A DNA stretch of 64,000 nucleotides from Octopus vulgaris (GCA_951406725.2 OX597831.1:82088001-82152000); one strand, 5' to 3'. Positions 25,903-39,331 are shown, counted from the stretch's first letter. The notes: generated by a model from the sequence alone, not told the origin. Made by a program: numbers and translations.

Positions 25903-26849
25903 GTATGTTATATTCTTGAACCTGTCTACACATTTTTCCATATTTTTCCGATGTATTTTCCATCCTTCTATAAAAAACCTTTATAAAAACTTACCTTCTC
26001 TGCCCTAACTGAAACCCTCTCCCTATTTTTCAAATCTTTGTTAATTCGTCAACGATTTGCTCCCATTTATTCAATCAACACTAGTTATAATAGTCCAAAT
26101 GGTGGTGCTGGTGATGGTGGTGGTAGTTTTGATGGGGGCAATGATGATGTGGACAAAGGTCATAGGTGTACGTACACCAGCAGTTCTCAACCACGGCACT
26201 TGGGCCACATGTGGCTCCCAAGTGTTCTTCCTGCTGCTCTCGACCGTCTTAAGGATCTGACTTGTTAAGAGACGAGCCCCCTTTTATCTCTGGCCCGACT
26301 CTCTCCCAGATGCTCCACCGCCTCATTGCCCCCTTCTTAATAAATCAACGAATCTACTCGTTGTTTCTATAGCAACAGCAGAACTAAAAGCAAGGTTTCG
26401 CGCAAGAGTCCCGATCCGAGCAGCCATGTTGAATGCAAGAATTTCAAGGTCGAGACTCGTTGCAGCTTTTGTCCCTCAAATCCCCTTGATCAAGGGACCC
26501 CTGTGAACCTAGAATGACCGATATTCAGGTTTACTGATGCCATCCCTCTCCCCCGCCAACCTTCGAGGAGGGCCTGACAGATAAGGGTCTAGCTTCGCAG
26601 TAACCCCATATGACAGGGACGAACATAATGCTGAAATGGAAATACCTCGATAACCGATGCTCCGTGAAGAAACTAACAGCTATCTATCTGTCTGTCGAAC
26701 AGTCATTACACTGCGGCCATGCTGGGGCCGTTGAAGAATTTTAGTCGAACGAATCAACCTAGTAGTTGTTCTTTTCTACGCCTCCTACCTATTCTATCGG
26801 TCTCGTTTGCCGAATCACTCACTTACGGGGGAGGGGGAGGGAAGTCCAT

Positions 26850-27392
26850 GATATATATATATATGATAAATAAAATATATGCATACATACATACATATAT
26901 GTACGTACCTCCATCTACATGTATATATACATGCATATATAAATATATATACGTGAGTACGGGACACCACAAATAGACGTAGAACTCAACGAGAAACGAA
27001 AACGTAAAAACAAACATGGAAACGGACCTTTTTTTAACAACGAAAAAAACAGAGTACAAGACAAACTACACAAGGAAAAATCCCCTTCATCAGCTGTCCC
27101 TAGTTCAACTCCATGCGTGTTTTGAAGGTGAGGACAGAACGACTCGTCGAACTAACCCTTCCTGCGAAAGAATTAAATAAAATTCCTTTGCAGAGGGGTA
27201 AAAACAAGGAAAGAAAAAAATGTGGCAAAAACAGGACGTAAAAACAATACAAATAAAAATACAAATAAAAAACAAAAACAAAATAAAAATACAAATACAA
27301 AAAAATACAGTACAAGAAGGAATAAAAACAGGACAGAGAAACAACAATGAGGACCTTTAAGCCTAGACGAGGAAAAATTTACGAGCGAAGGA
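26850..27392 (-). mobile_element. (TA)n-associated non-coding repeat, Penelope terminal-repeat-like
   Basis: Reverse complement is colinear with about 37370-37790 (TTTTTACCCCTCTGCAAA..CACCTTC..GTACGTACATATATGTA). Confidence 0.65.
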
Positions 27393-27439
27393 TATATATA
27401 TATACACACGCACACATATGTGTCTGTGTGCGTGTGTTC

Positions 27440-27580
27440 CGTCTACCAAATCCACTCGCAAGGCCTTGGCTGGCCCAGGGCTATAGTAGAAGACACTTGC
27501 CCAAGTTGGCATGCAGGGGGACGGAATCCAGAACCACGTGGCTGGGAAGCAAGCTTATTACCACACACACACACACACGC

Positions 27581-27626
<46 letters not shown>

Positions 27627-27910
27627 TTTACACTGCGGCCATGCTGGGGCCTTGAAGAACTTTTAGCCGAATGAATCGTTTCCCTCTACTTATTCTTTTT
27701 TAAAGTCGGGTATTTATTCTATCGGTCTTTTTTGTCGAACCGCTACTTTTACGGGGGCGTAAACAAACCGACGCTGGTTGTCACTAGAAGGCTTTGGTCG
27801 GTCAGAGTCTATAGTAGAAGACACTCGTCCAAGGTGCTACACAGTGGGACTGAACCCGGAACCATGTGGTTGGGGAGCAAGCTTCTTGCCTGAGAGCCAC
27901 GCCTGCACCT
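27440..27910 (-). mobile_element. Two SINE family A copies (partial 27440-27565; internally deleted 27630-27910)
   Basis: CCGTCTACCAAATCCACTC..CTATAGTAGAAGACACT..GAACCA(C/T)GTGG shared with other family A copies. Confidence 0.8.
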
Positions 27911-28165
27911 TGACATATATGGATAACATATATACATACATACAGCATTCACATATACACACATAGACACATGCACACACACACATACATACATACATAC
28001 ACCCACATATACACACATACACAAATACATACATACATACATACATGCACACATACATACATACACACATACATACATACATACAAACATACATACACAC
28101 ATACATACACACATACATACATACATACATACATACATACATACATACATACATACATACATACA

Positions 28166-28545
28166 TAGGTACAGGCATAGTTGTGTAGTTAAAACAGTTG
28201 CTTCGCCACAACCTGGTCACGGGTTCGATCCCGCAGTGCGCTACGTTCAGCAAGTCCCTTCCTTTCTTGCTTCGTGCTGACCAACAGCTGGTTGGTGGAA
28301 TTCGGTAGACGGAAACCTGCTTCTTTGTGCATCCCCTACATGAGTTTGTGTGTGTATGTGTGTGGTGTGTGTGTGTGTGTGTGTGTGTGTATGCGTTTGA
28401 ATTGTGTCTCTTTATGACCTGTAAAACGGAGTTCGATAAAATTACCAACCAAATACTCATAGCTACTGGAGTTCGATTAACGGGATAAACAACTCGACCT
28501 GATGCTCCAGCATGGCCTTAGCTCAGTAACTGGAAGAATAAAAGA
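28166..28545 (+). mobile_element. Divergent SINE family A copy
   Basis: tRNA-like head with GGTTCGATCCC, GGTAGACGGAAAC core, GCTCCAGCATGGCC..AATAAAAGAAT tail. Confidence 0.65.
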
Positions 28546-28921
28546 ATACGTATACACACATATACATTTATACATATGCATAGCCATTCACACCCACACA
28601 CATACATTCACATACACACACATCTTCGTTCTTCCGCATTTTAAACCCCCCCTCCGTATCCCTATCTCACCCCGCCCTCTCCTCCCCCAACATTATTAGA
28701 TGCCCCACCCTTCACTGACTCACCCACTCCCGGTCTCACTCCCACTCTTTCATCATCAGTAATCGCCTCCTCCTCCTCTCACTCCTCTCACTCCTCTCAC
28801 GCTCAGTCTCTGTCTGTCTTTCTCTCTCTCCTTCTCTTTGTTGGATGTTTATATACGTTTGTCTCTATGTATCATCTGTGTGTATACAAGCACGTGCGTG
28901 TATATATGTATGTATATATGA

Positions 28922-28968
<47 letters not shown>

Positions 28969-29786
28969 CGTGCGTGTGTAGGTCTAGCTTCCTTCCTCCT
29001 TCCACTCATTCACTTCAACCAGCGACTAATATCAAATATTATTACACACATTCACTCTTAGCTTTTTCTTCTTCTTCTTCTTCTTCTTCTTCTTCTTCTT
29101 CTTCTTCTTCTTCTTCTTCTTCTTCTTCTTCTTCTTCTTCTTCTTCTTCTTCTTCTTCTTCTTCTTCTTCTTCTTCTTTCTTCTTTCTTCTTTCTTCTTC
29201 TTCTTCTTCTTCTTCTTTCTTCTTCTTCTTCTTCTTCTTCTTCTTCTTCTTCTTTCTTCTTTCTTCTTCTTCTTCTTCTTAATCCTCCAAACATGTTGCT
29301 TCTAGATACCACCACCACCACCACCACCACCACCACCGCCGCCACCGCCGCCACCGCCACCACGACCCCCACCACGCCAAATGACTCTCGGCCAATGACG
29401 AGATTTTATTTTATTTTTAGTGAAATTCTTCGTTGTTTGTACAAAATACAAAAAAAAGTAAAAAAACTAAAAGTAAAAGAAAAAATATCCAAAAATGCAC
29501 GAATAAAAGTAAAACAACAACAGAATAAAGTTATCTTCAATGTTTCTTATTAGAACATCGCATTTGTCAGTGTTTTTAGAGAATTTAGTAAAAGAGGCAG
29601 CGTTCCACCCACCTCCACCGCCTCCGCCACCACCACCACCACCAACACCACTATCATCACTTAGTGTGTGTGTGTGTGTGTGTTTCCTGTCTTCTCTCTC
29701 CCAGACGCAACCTCCTCTGAAATTTTCTGTGGTTTTTGGAGAAGAGAAAGAATAGGAAAAAACGAAGGAAAGAAACAGGGGGTGGG

Positions 29787-29824
<38 letters not shown>

Positions 29825-30099
29825 ATGGTTGAGAGAGGAATGAAGGGGTGGAGAAAGATAGAAAGTAATGGAAAGGGGTGGAGAGAGAAAGGAAAGGAGA
29901 GGAGTGGTGAGAGGAAAAGAAGGAGGGGGTAGAGAGAAAGGAAAAGAGAGGGGTAGAATTTAATCTGTGATTTTCTTGTGAGGAGTCTACTGTCGTCTCT
30001 CTGTGTGTTCACTTTGCAAAAAAACTTCCAGTTTCCAACTTCACCAATTCCAACAACAGCAACACTAACTTGAGCGCAGCAAGTTCAATTCTTCCAAGC

Positions 30100-30130
30100 A
30101 TGTCTACCATTGACAAGGACGAGGTTGAAG
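30100..30130 (+). CDS. Candidate first coding exon of a host gene (MSTIDKDEVE + phase-1 intron)
   Basis: CAAGC-ATG with A at -3, ten codons plus G, then the donor-like AG|GTATTG; preceded by about 100 bp of non-repetitive UTR-like sequence. No second exon identified. Confidence 0.45.
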
Positions 30131-30132
30131 GT

Positions 30133-30495
30133 ATTGTCATATATCTATGTACACCTAATGTCACCTATCGCACAATGTCACACAATGTCACATAATGTCA
30201 CACACTGAATGTCATATATTTAACTTCTAGTATTTAGACTCACATTTCATGTCACATATATGCTTAATGCATTCAATGTCCATCATTTACTGTCACACAC
30301 ATTTTATGTCACATATTCCATGTCATACATTTAACATCAAGACTTAAATGCCATACACGTTTGATGTCATATTCTCTTAATGTCATTCTCTTAATATCTC
30401 ATTCATTTAGTGTCACACACTTTTAATGTCGCATTTCATTTATGTCACATATTGGTGTCACATATTTGATGTCACTTATAATGTCACACAATCGT
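30133..30495. repeat. Degenerate minisatellite, unit approximately TTTAATGTCACACAT
   Basis: Numerous (A/T)TGTCA(C/T) cores at short irregular spacing. Confidence 0.85.
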
Positions 30496-30662
30496 TATAC
30501 ATTTTGGTCAACTTTATTTTGCTTTCAGTTATGTGTTTGCGAGCGAGATTGAGAATGGGCATGCGCACGTAATGCAAGTGTGTTCCGTCAATGTTGCTGG
30601 TGAATCTTCTGCACACACACACACACACACACAGACACACACACACAATATATATATATATG

Positions 30663-30700
<38 letters not shown>

Positions 30701-31519
30701 AGTGTGTGTGTATACATACATACATATATATAAATATATACATACATATAACATACATATATGTGTATTACTATGTATGTGTGTGTATGTATGTATTTAT
30801 ATGTAAATATATATTTGTGTGTATATGCATATCGATGCACACACACATAAGAATGTTCCAGGCGTGAGTGCATTCCCGGAGTCACTGCTAATGCGTGGTC
30901 TTGGGTGGGGGTGGGGTCAACATAATTAATTAATGAGGCATCATTTCGTTACTAAAATGGCAAAGATGTGCGAACGAGCGGCAGAATGGATTCTGTGGAA
31001 AAACAAGAAACTTTTCTGGTTTTGTGAACATTTGTACTCAGCTATCTGGATTACAGCTCACAAGTGCGGTCCCTAGGCAATGTGTACCTAATGGCAGATC
31101 TAGGAGCAATGCAATGTTTGTTACTGAAAAGATCAGCCTCAATACAACAGCTGAGCCAGTGGGAGAAATGGAAAACACGAAGACCTTACTCTCTGCAGCG
31201 AAGACAGGAAAAATATGCGGTGGTTTCTAGAAGGAAGATCATTGAAGCGCTAACGCTAATCTTTGGTGTTAAGTGCAATACTAATCGCTGGATTGGTGAC
31301 CATTATATAGTGCCAATGGTTTGAACCAGCCCATCGAAAGTGAGGGCCATGTTCTGCAGTAGTTTAGAGTTTAAAGGGCCGCGGATTATCAATATCTGGC
31401 CAAAGAAAGCGAGTAATCTGCAAATGTATTCACGAAACATCTGGATCTTTCACTCAGACGGACCGAAATACTACTGAGAGAAATGGTATGAAACGCTTCC
31501 ACTACTCTCTTTTGCGAGC

Positions 31520-31583
<64 letters not shown>

Positions 31584-32029
31584 GCGCGCACATACACACA
31601 CGCACACACGCACACACACACACACACGCACACACGCACACACACACACACGCTCTCTCTCACACACACTCACACGGTCTCTCTCTCTCTCACACACACA
31701 CACACTCACACATGCATACACACTCACGCCTAAAAAGGCGCAGGACGCAATCGCTGACCACGTTGTATGTCTGTAAACGTTAAATTCGTTTCTCTGTTCT
31801 TACTTTAAACTGCAATGGCTTAAAACTGAATCATTATAAAACACCGTTCAGTGCTTAAGGTTGTACTAAACGAAACGAACTCTTGAAATATCAAGGCAGT
31901 CTGTAATAATTTAATTGTTAGTGATACTGTAGTCACCTTAATAGTCTACAACTGGATTATTTAATTCCCATATTTCTGCATTTTGTTATTTTCTTGAAGG
32001 CTTCTGCCAGAGTTTAGGCATCTTACTAT

Positions 32030-32945
32030 CAATATTCTTAACGTTTATGCTTTTTCGCTTCTCGTGGATGCGATACGTTCTGCTGATCAGGAGATCCTTC
32101 GGTTGCGAAAACCCACTTCAACGGATGCTGTGGATGTTGACGTAGGAACACAATGCAGCTGATACATCTGCGGAGATTCGCGGATGAGGACAACGTTGAA
32201 GTGATGTGGCCCCTGTTTTTGCACGACACTCTTCTTTCACAAAACCACAACCGTCGATTAAGCACCAAGTTGAAGCCAGGCTCTCACTGCACCCTACCAG
32301 ATGCTCAGGGCATCAGTAAAATGTCAACCGTCATATTTTAGAGGTAGCTAATGGAGTATAGGAACGGCAAATGTTGAGGATTAATTTTGGGTGTCAACTA
32401 GAATATGTCAGGGATAATGAGCAATTTCCAGCATTCCAATCGAGCGATATGGCCATGTTGGAGCCACCAGGTATCGAACTTTTCTGAGATGGCCACACTG
32501 TTACGAAATTGTCTGGTACGCATTCAGTGTCCATGCATTGTTGATTCCCGGGTTTATGCTGAGCAGCCGTCATCATCACATGAGGAACGGATGCAATTGT
32601 CAGCCGAGTCTGTCGTTGAGATCTCCATCAAGGAAAAGTTGATTGTTTTCCTCTTCCTGGTGGCTATAATGACGAAAAGCTTGTTCAGGGGACAAAGGTT
32701 TGAGGGCAGAGGCTTTTCTCTCTGAACAAACCGTCGTCAGCTTTTTGAGGCGCCACTTAAGGAGATAGGTGACGGTACAGAAGGGGGCGCTGCAGCTGTC
32801 GGCAAGTGACAGGAACTTGGAGGCAGCCCTTGCTTTGGTGTGTCATGGTAATCAGGGATGGGTGGGGTATGCCCTTGAATACCATGTGTGCTTTGCCCAT
32901 CCATTTAGGGATCCTTTATTTGTTCTTTTTGTTCTGAGCTGTTTG
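32030..32945 (+). mobile_element. Old Tx1/L1-clade LINE 3' fragment
   Basis: Colinear with 13620-14700: TTTTTCGCTTCTCGTGG (LFRFLW), LVRIQCP..YAEQ..MQLSAESVV..FLFLVA. Confidence 0.7.
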
Positions 32946-32974
32946 TTGCTAATTATTATTATTATTATTATCAA

Positions 32975-33190
32975 AGGCAGCGAGCTGGTAGAAACGTTAG
33001 CACGCCGGGCGAAATACTTAGCGGTATTTCGTTTGCCGTTACGTTCTGAGTTCAAATTCTGCCGAGGCTGGCTTTACTTTTCATCCTTTCGGGGTCGATA
33101 AATTAAGTACCAGTTACGCACTGGAATCGATATAATTGATTAGTTCTCTCCTCACAAATTTCAAGGCCCTGTGCCTTCAATAGAAAGGAT
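32975..33190 (+). mobile_element. SINE family B
   Basis: GGCAGCGAGCTGGTAGAAACGTTAGCACGCCGGGCGAAAT..CATCCTTTCGGGGTCGATAAATTAAGTACC; flanked by (TTA)n-type arrays. Confidence 0.9.
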
Positions 33191-33222
33191 CATCATCATC
33201 ATCATCATTATTATTATTGTTG

Positions 33223-33266
<44 letters not shown>

Positions 33267-33279
33267 TTATTATTATTTA

Positions 33280-33660
33280 AGGGTTTTTCTTCTTCTTTCA
33301 AATTTGCTTCCATTTCTTGCCGAGTGTCTTCCCGACTCCTAGGGCAAAGAAACTCATAGTATACATTGGTAGGCCATTAAACTAAACTCACTAGTTCGTT
33401 CATTTTTTAAATTTTTTAAATTTTTTAAATTTTTTTAAAGTTAAATTAAAATACATGGGTAGTAATAGTTCTCACATCGACAATGCTCTTCTCAATACGT
33501 GTGATGTACCAGTTAAGACAATCTTTTGCACTTCTTGCAGGGATGGTAAGCCAGGGATCATTCTCATATAATTTTTGGTTCCCTTCTTGATCATTCCTAG
33601 TGCTCCTACGATCACTGGTATTGTAACCGCCTTGAGATGCCACATTTTCTCAATTTCAAA
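33280..33660 (-). mobile_element. R4/Dong-like RLE LINE extreme 3' fragment
   Basis: EIEKMWHLKAVTIPVIVGALG..LQEVQKIVLTGTSHVLRRAL, then 3' UTR and a (TAA)n tail on the minus strand. Confidence 0.85.
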
Positions 33661-33897
33661 CCCCAAAGAATCCCTCTCAACACATGGCTATGATGCTCCC
33701 CCACTACTTCTGCTCGTGATCAGAGATGCACATATCGTCAGCCACTAAGGGACATGCTCAACTGGTTAAGGCCAAACAACTGACAAGCAAATCTGTGGTA
33801 TTGAGCAGAATATTTGCTGTAGCCCATCTTTTATACCAAGACAAAACAATGTACATGATAACACTTCCAATCAGTTAAGATCAGAAGCCATGAGAGC

Positions 33898-33900
<3 letters not shown>
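33657..33900 (-). mobile_element. Repeat family C 5' half, fused to the RLE fragment
   Basis: Close reverse complement of 8030-8265 and 53010-53225. Confidence 0.9.
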
Positions 33901-33969
<69 letters not shown>

Positions 33970-33972
<3 letters not shown>

Positions 33973-34257
33973 GACAGGGAGCTGGTAGAATCGTTAGCAC
34001 GCTGGATGAAATGATTGGTGGTATTTCGCCCGTCGCTACGTTCTGCGACTTTGCTTTCATTCTTTCGGGGTCGATAAATTAAGTACCAGTTGTATGCTGG
34101 GGTTGATGTAATCGACTATCTCCTTCCTCCCAATTCCAGGCCTTGTGCATATCTTAGAAAAGTTTATCATTATTAGTAGTAGTAGTTGTAGCAGCAGCAA
34201 TAGTAGCAGTAGCAGCAGTAGCAACAGCAGCAGCAGAAGCAGCAGTAGTAGTAGTGA

Positions 34258-34304
<47 letters not shown>

Positions 34305-34318
34305 ACAGCAGCAGCAGT

Positions 34319-34388
<70 letters not shown>

Positions 34389-35062
34389 AGGCAACGAAAT
34401 GCTTGGCTTTATATTTAGCTCTTTACGTTCCAAGTTCAACTTGTTTTGCGGTCCATTTTGCCGTTTGCCCTTCAAGGTCGATAAACTAAATACGAATTGA
34501 GTTCTGGGGTCGATGTAACCAACTTCCACCAAAGTTATTATTATTGTGGGACGCATGTTGTAAAGTTAAGTTGCTTAATGTGAGAACTGAAACCCGCTCT
34601 CCGATTCCGCTCAACGATTGCTAGAATTCTACTCTGCTACGTCACGTGCCAATATCTATTTTACTTGGAAGGCGGCGAGTTGGCACACCGGGCGAAATGC
34701 TTAGCAGTATTTCGTCTGCCGTTACGTTCTGAGTTCAAATTTCGCCGAGGTCGACTTTGCCTTTCATCCTTTCGGGTTCTATTAAATTAAGTACCAGTTA
34801 CGCACTGGAGTCGATGTAACCGACTTAATCCATCTGTGTGTCATTGTTTGTCCTCTCCGTGTTTAGCCCCTTGTGGGTAGCAAAGAAATAGGTATTTCGT
34901 CTGCCGTTACGTTCTGCATTCAAATTCCGCCGAGGTCGACTTTACCTTTCAGTCTTTCAGGGTCGATAAATTAAGTACCAGTAACGTACTGGGGTCGACG
35001 AATCAACTGGCCCCCCTCCCGAAAAATTTCGGGCCTTGTGCCTAGAGTAGAAAAGAATATTT
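33970..35062 (+). mobile_element. Cluster of SINE family B copies (about 33970-34165, 34390-34530, 34670-34890, 34891-35062)
   Basis: Repeated TCGATAAATTAAGTACCAG..CTGGGGTCGA core; the last two copies are head-to-tail. Confidence 0.85.
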
Positions 35063-35112
35063 CTTTTACTGTTATCTTCATCATCACCATCACCACCACC
35101 ATCACCACCACC

Positions 35113-35143
<31 letters not shown>

Positions 35144-35345
35144 CCACCACCACCACCACCAGCACCAGCACCACCACCACCACAACCACAACCACCACCA
35201 CCACCATCATCATCATCCTTATCACAATCATCACCAACACCATTATCACAACCATAACCAGCATCATCGCCGTAATTATTACTACCACCACCACACCACC
35301 TCCATAACAACCACCTCCATAACAACCACCTCCCTAATCATCATC

Positions 35346-35384
<39 letters not shown>

Positions 35385-35495
35385 AGCAGCAATAACATTA
35401 CGTCTATGAAAGCTGAACTTGAGCTTTATCATTTCAACATTTTTGTGAACGAATGTATACATGTATAGACACACACACACAAACACACACATACC

Positions 35496-35534
<39 letters not shown>

Positions 35535-35726
35535 CACACACACTGACAGTAACAAAGACATACGGCGTGTATATATATATATACATCGGCTAACAGATCG
35601 ACAAACCGACAGACAGACGGGTATGCACGCGCTGTCTGAGACTTCTCTGCACATTAACAAGACGCTCGCAGAGCCACACGGAAAGGACACACACAACATA
35701 CTGGTAGCATCTATGCGGTGGAAGCA

Positions 35727-35883
<157 letters not shown>

Positions 35884-36166
35884 ACTCTGCTATGAAAGTA
35901 ACCACTGTCAAAACACAGTTATCTCAGGCCAGGCTCTACACTTTATCTTTCCAATTAAAATAGTTTGTAGATGCCACACCTCTCTCCTTGCTCTCTCTCT
36001 CTCTATCTATCTATGTATCTCTTTCTTTCTTAGTTCTTTCTAATCTCGTTCCTTCACTTTCTTTCACATAGCCACACATACACACACACACACACGAAGA
36101 TGCACAAATACACACTGTCCCTGGTTTCTCTTTTTTGTCAAGTATGTATGTAAATATATATGTAAG

Positions 36167-36224
<58 letters not shown>

Positions 36225-36587
36225 GTGTATACACACACACACGTCCGCACGATTGCATATAGAGGCACAGTGGGATGCACATACATGCACCCATACATAT
36301 GTAAGCAAGCACACACTTCCACCTTCACATGTATTGTACATCCATCCTCCCTCCCTCCCTCCCCTCCCACGCACCCACCCAGTCCAACTAAAGTGACATT
36401 GGTGTTCTGCCAAACCGTAATCGTAATTATCAATGGCAGAGTGTTCCTGCCCCAGCGTCGCCTCCATCTTACTACACCTCTTCAAACACGTCTATACATA
36501 TACATACACACACACACATGGGGAAATGTATGCATGTGTGTGTATGTGTGTGTGTGTGTACATATATATAAATATGTGTATATATAT

Positions 36588-36817
36588 TTCTTTACTACCC
36601 ACAAGGGGCTAAACACTGAGGGGACAAACAAGGACAGACAAACGGATTAAGCCGATTACATCGACCCCAGTGCGTAACTGGTACTTAATTTATCGACCCC
36701 GAAAGGATGAAAGGCAAAGTCGACCTCGACGGAATTTGAACTCAGAACGTAACGGCAGACAAAATACGGCTACGCATTTCGCCCGGTGTGCTAACATTTC
36801 TGCCAGCTCACCGCCTT
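36588..36817 (-). mobile_element. SINE family B
   Basis: Reverse complement of 34670-34890 including the TTTAGCCCCTTGTGGGTAG tail variant. Confidence 0.9.
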
Positions 36818-36861
36818 TATGTGTATATATGCATGCATATATACACATGTATATGTATGCA

Positions 36862-37790
36862 TATTGTGTTCGACGTTTTTTTGGTGTCCTGTATTCATAT
36901 ATGCGTGTATATATACATGTAGAGGTAGGTACGTACATATATGTATATATATATATGCATATGTTTTATTTATTAATATATTATATGACGGAACGCACGC
37001 ATCCCTTTCTAAGTAAGATTGTTCTTGATATTAACTTTGATGCGCACTCTTAACCTATCTGTCCCATCCCTTTCTCAGCCTTCATTCTTTGATTTCCTTT
37101 GCTTCTACTTAACTGTCTCTCCCTCTCTCTCATTCTTCACTCTCTCTCTCTCCCTCTCTCTCATTCTTCATGGTTTCCTCACAACCATTCTCTTTTCTTC
37201 TCTCCCTTTCTCTTGCTCCTCCTCCTCCCTCCCGTCGTTGACCCGCGACGAGAGCTCCGCTACTGTCTTTCTATCCTGACCCTTTTGAGGTGTGGATGGC
37301 AATCCTCTTTGCTCCCTTCGCCGTTCACAGAAATTAGCGTTCGTAATACTTTTTTTCGTTCGGCTTAACAGCCCTTCTTGTCTTGTTATTCTCCTTGTCC
37401 TGTCTTTTACTGTTTATATTTTGTACTGTCGTTACTGTCCTGTTTTTGTTACCATTTTTACCCCTCTGCAAAAAGATCTCAAATTTTAATTGATTTGCTT
37501 TTCGCAGGAAGGAAAGTTTCTTATTCGAAGATACGTCTCGCCTTCACCTTCGAAACGTAGAGTAGATGAAACCATGGCGACTTGTGTTATTTGTCTTGTA
37601 CACTATTTTTTTGTTGTTTAAGAAAAATGTCCAGTTCCTTGGGTTTGTGTCTATGTTTTCGTTTCTCATTGTGTTCGACGTTTTTTTGGTGTCCTGTACT
37701 CATATATGCGTGTATATATACATGTAGAGGTAGGTACGTACATATATGTATATATATATGCATATGTTTTATTTATTAATATATATATAA
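36862..37790 (+). mobile_element. Non-coding element with ~115-bp terminal direct repeats (pseudo-LTR-like)
   Basis: 36862-36980 is nearly identical to 37668-37783 (ATTGTGTTCGACGTTTTTT..GTAGAGGTAGGTACGTAC..TTTATTAATATA). Confidence 0.75.
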
Positions 37791-37889
37791 ATATATATAT
37801 ATAATCAATATGAGTAACAGGATATGAAGTAGTGATGCAGTACGACCGTTTCAAGCGGCTCCATTTAATTGAACACATGCATATACATA

Positions 37890-38855
37890 CGAGGTCGGGC
37901 TGAAAAGGTCATAGTCTGATTATGAAGGAGTGATGCTAGAACTGTGAAATATTGCATGCATTCATTTAAAATCTAATTAATAACTGCATCATTTCTTTCC
38001 AGATAAATTGACTTTTGACTGTTCAAAGAACACTTCAAATGTAACTAGTAGCGACTTCTCTTGAAAATGGACAAAATTTGACATCGTAGTGCAAGGAAAG
38101 GGTTTAGCTCCCAAGGACATTCATGCTGACATGCTTGATACATTAGGGGATAACGGGTCCAGCTTTATCAACAGTGCAAGAGTGGGCAGCTGAATTTAGG
38201 AGGGAAAGGGAGAGCCTTGAAGATAATCCAATATCCGGACGTCTTACAACTGCCACCACCGAGGAAAACATTGATCACGTTCACCACATGGTAAATGATG
38301 ACAGGCGGTTGACTATCAATCAAATAGCCAATGCTGTTAGCATATCCCATGAGAGAGTTGAGAATATTCTGCACAAGGAACTTGGCACGACGAAGGTTTT
38401 CTGCTCGGTGAGTGTCACGTCTTCCGACACCTGATCAAAAGCGCACCTGGCTTTTCCCATCACGGGAAAATCTGAATTATCTCAGGCAGATTCAATTGGT
38501 TCCCTTGAGCATTTCCTAGCCCAGGGTGAGTGTTGGTTTCATCTCTTTGAGCCAGATACAAGAGACAATCCGTGCAGTGGAAACACTCCTCCTCGCCCGC
38601 TCCAAAGAAGGCCAAGGTCGTTTCATCTGCAGGGAAGGTGATTTCCTCAGATTTTTGGGGGATGCAAAACACATTGTGTTTATTGACTATCTTCAAAAGG
38701 GCTACATAATCAATGGAGAGTACTATACCAACTTGCTGAGGCACTTATGAAAGGCTATGAAGACCAAACACCTAGGATAACTGACAAAAGGGGCCTTGTT
38801 TCATCAGGACAATGCTTCAACATTGTCCTTGCTTTCAATGGCTGCTATACGTGAC
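37890..38855 (+). mobile_element. mariner element relic, 3'-truncated
   Basis: TA-CGAGGTCGGGCTGAAAAG terminus; EWAAEFRRERESLEDNPISGR..DRRLTINQIA, GECWFHLFEP, SAGKV, IDYLQKG..INGEYY, HQDNA. Confidence 0.9.
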
Positions 38856-39230
38856 AGAAATGGCTATTGCGGGCTCCAGGTGCCACTTATTTGTTCATAC
38901 CACACTGAACGGTGACTGAGCCACAGACTATGTTTTGTATCCAATCCAAAAAACCGACTTCGCTGAATATACAATGCCACAACCTGTTGACAAAATCGCC
39001 CAAACACCTTACCAACACCTGACCAATACCCTTTCCGACCACGGGGACCTGAAAGTAAAGAAAATTGCTGGAGTCGCTTTGATAGCATTAATACCACGTG
39101 ACTTGAATTGACCAATAGAGGCCTAAATATCTAGAAGCCATCTTGAATTTCTCTCTAAACTCTCAATCTATTGATGCGTCCTCCACACGTGAAACTTCAT
39201 GTCAGGTGGAGCCAAGTGAAACTGTTATAA

Positions 39231-39331
<101 letters not shown>

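Noticed and set aside
26179-26250. hAT-MITE-like start CAGCAGTTCTCAACC
   Set aside because: No matching right-hand TIR or TSD found nearby.
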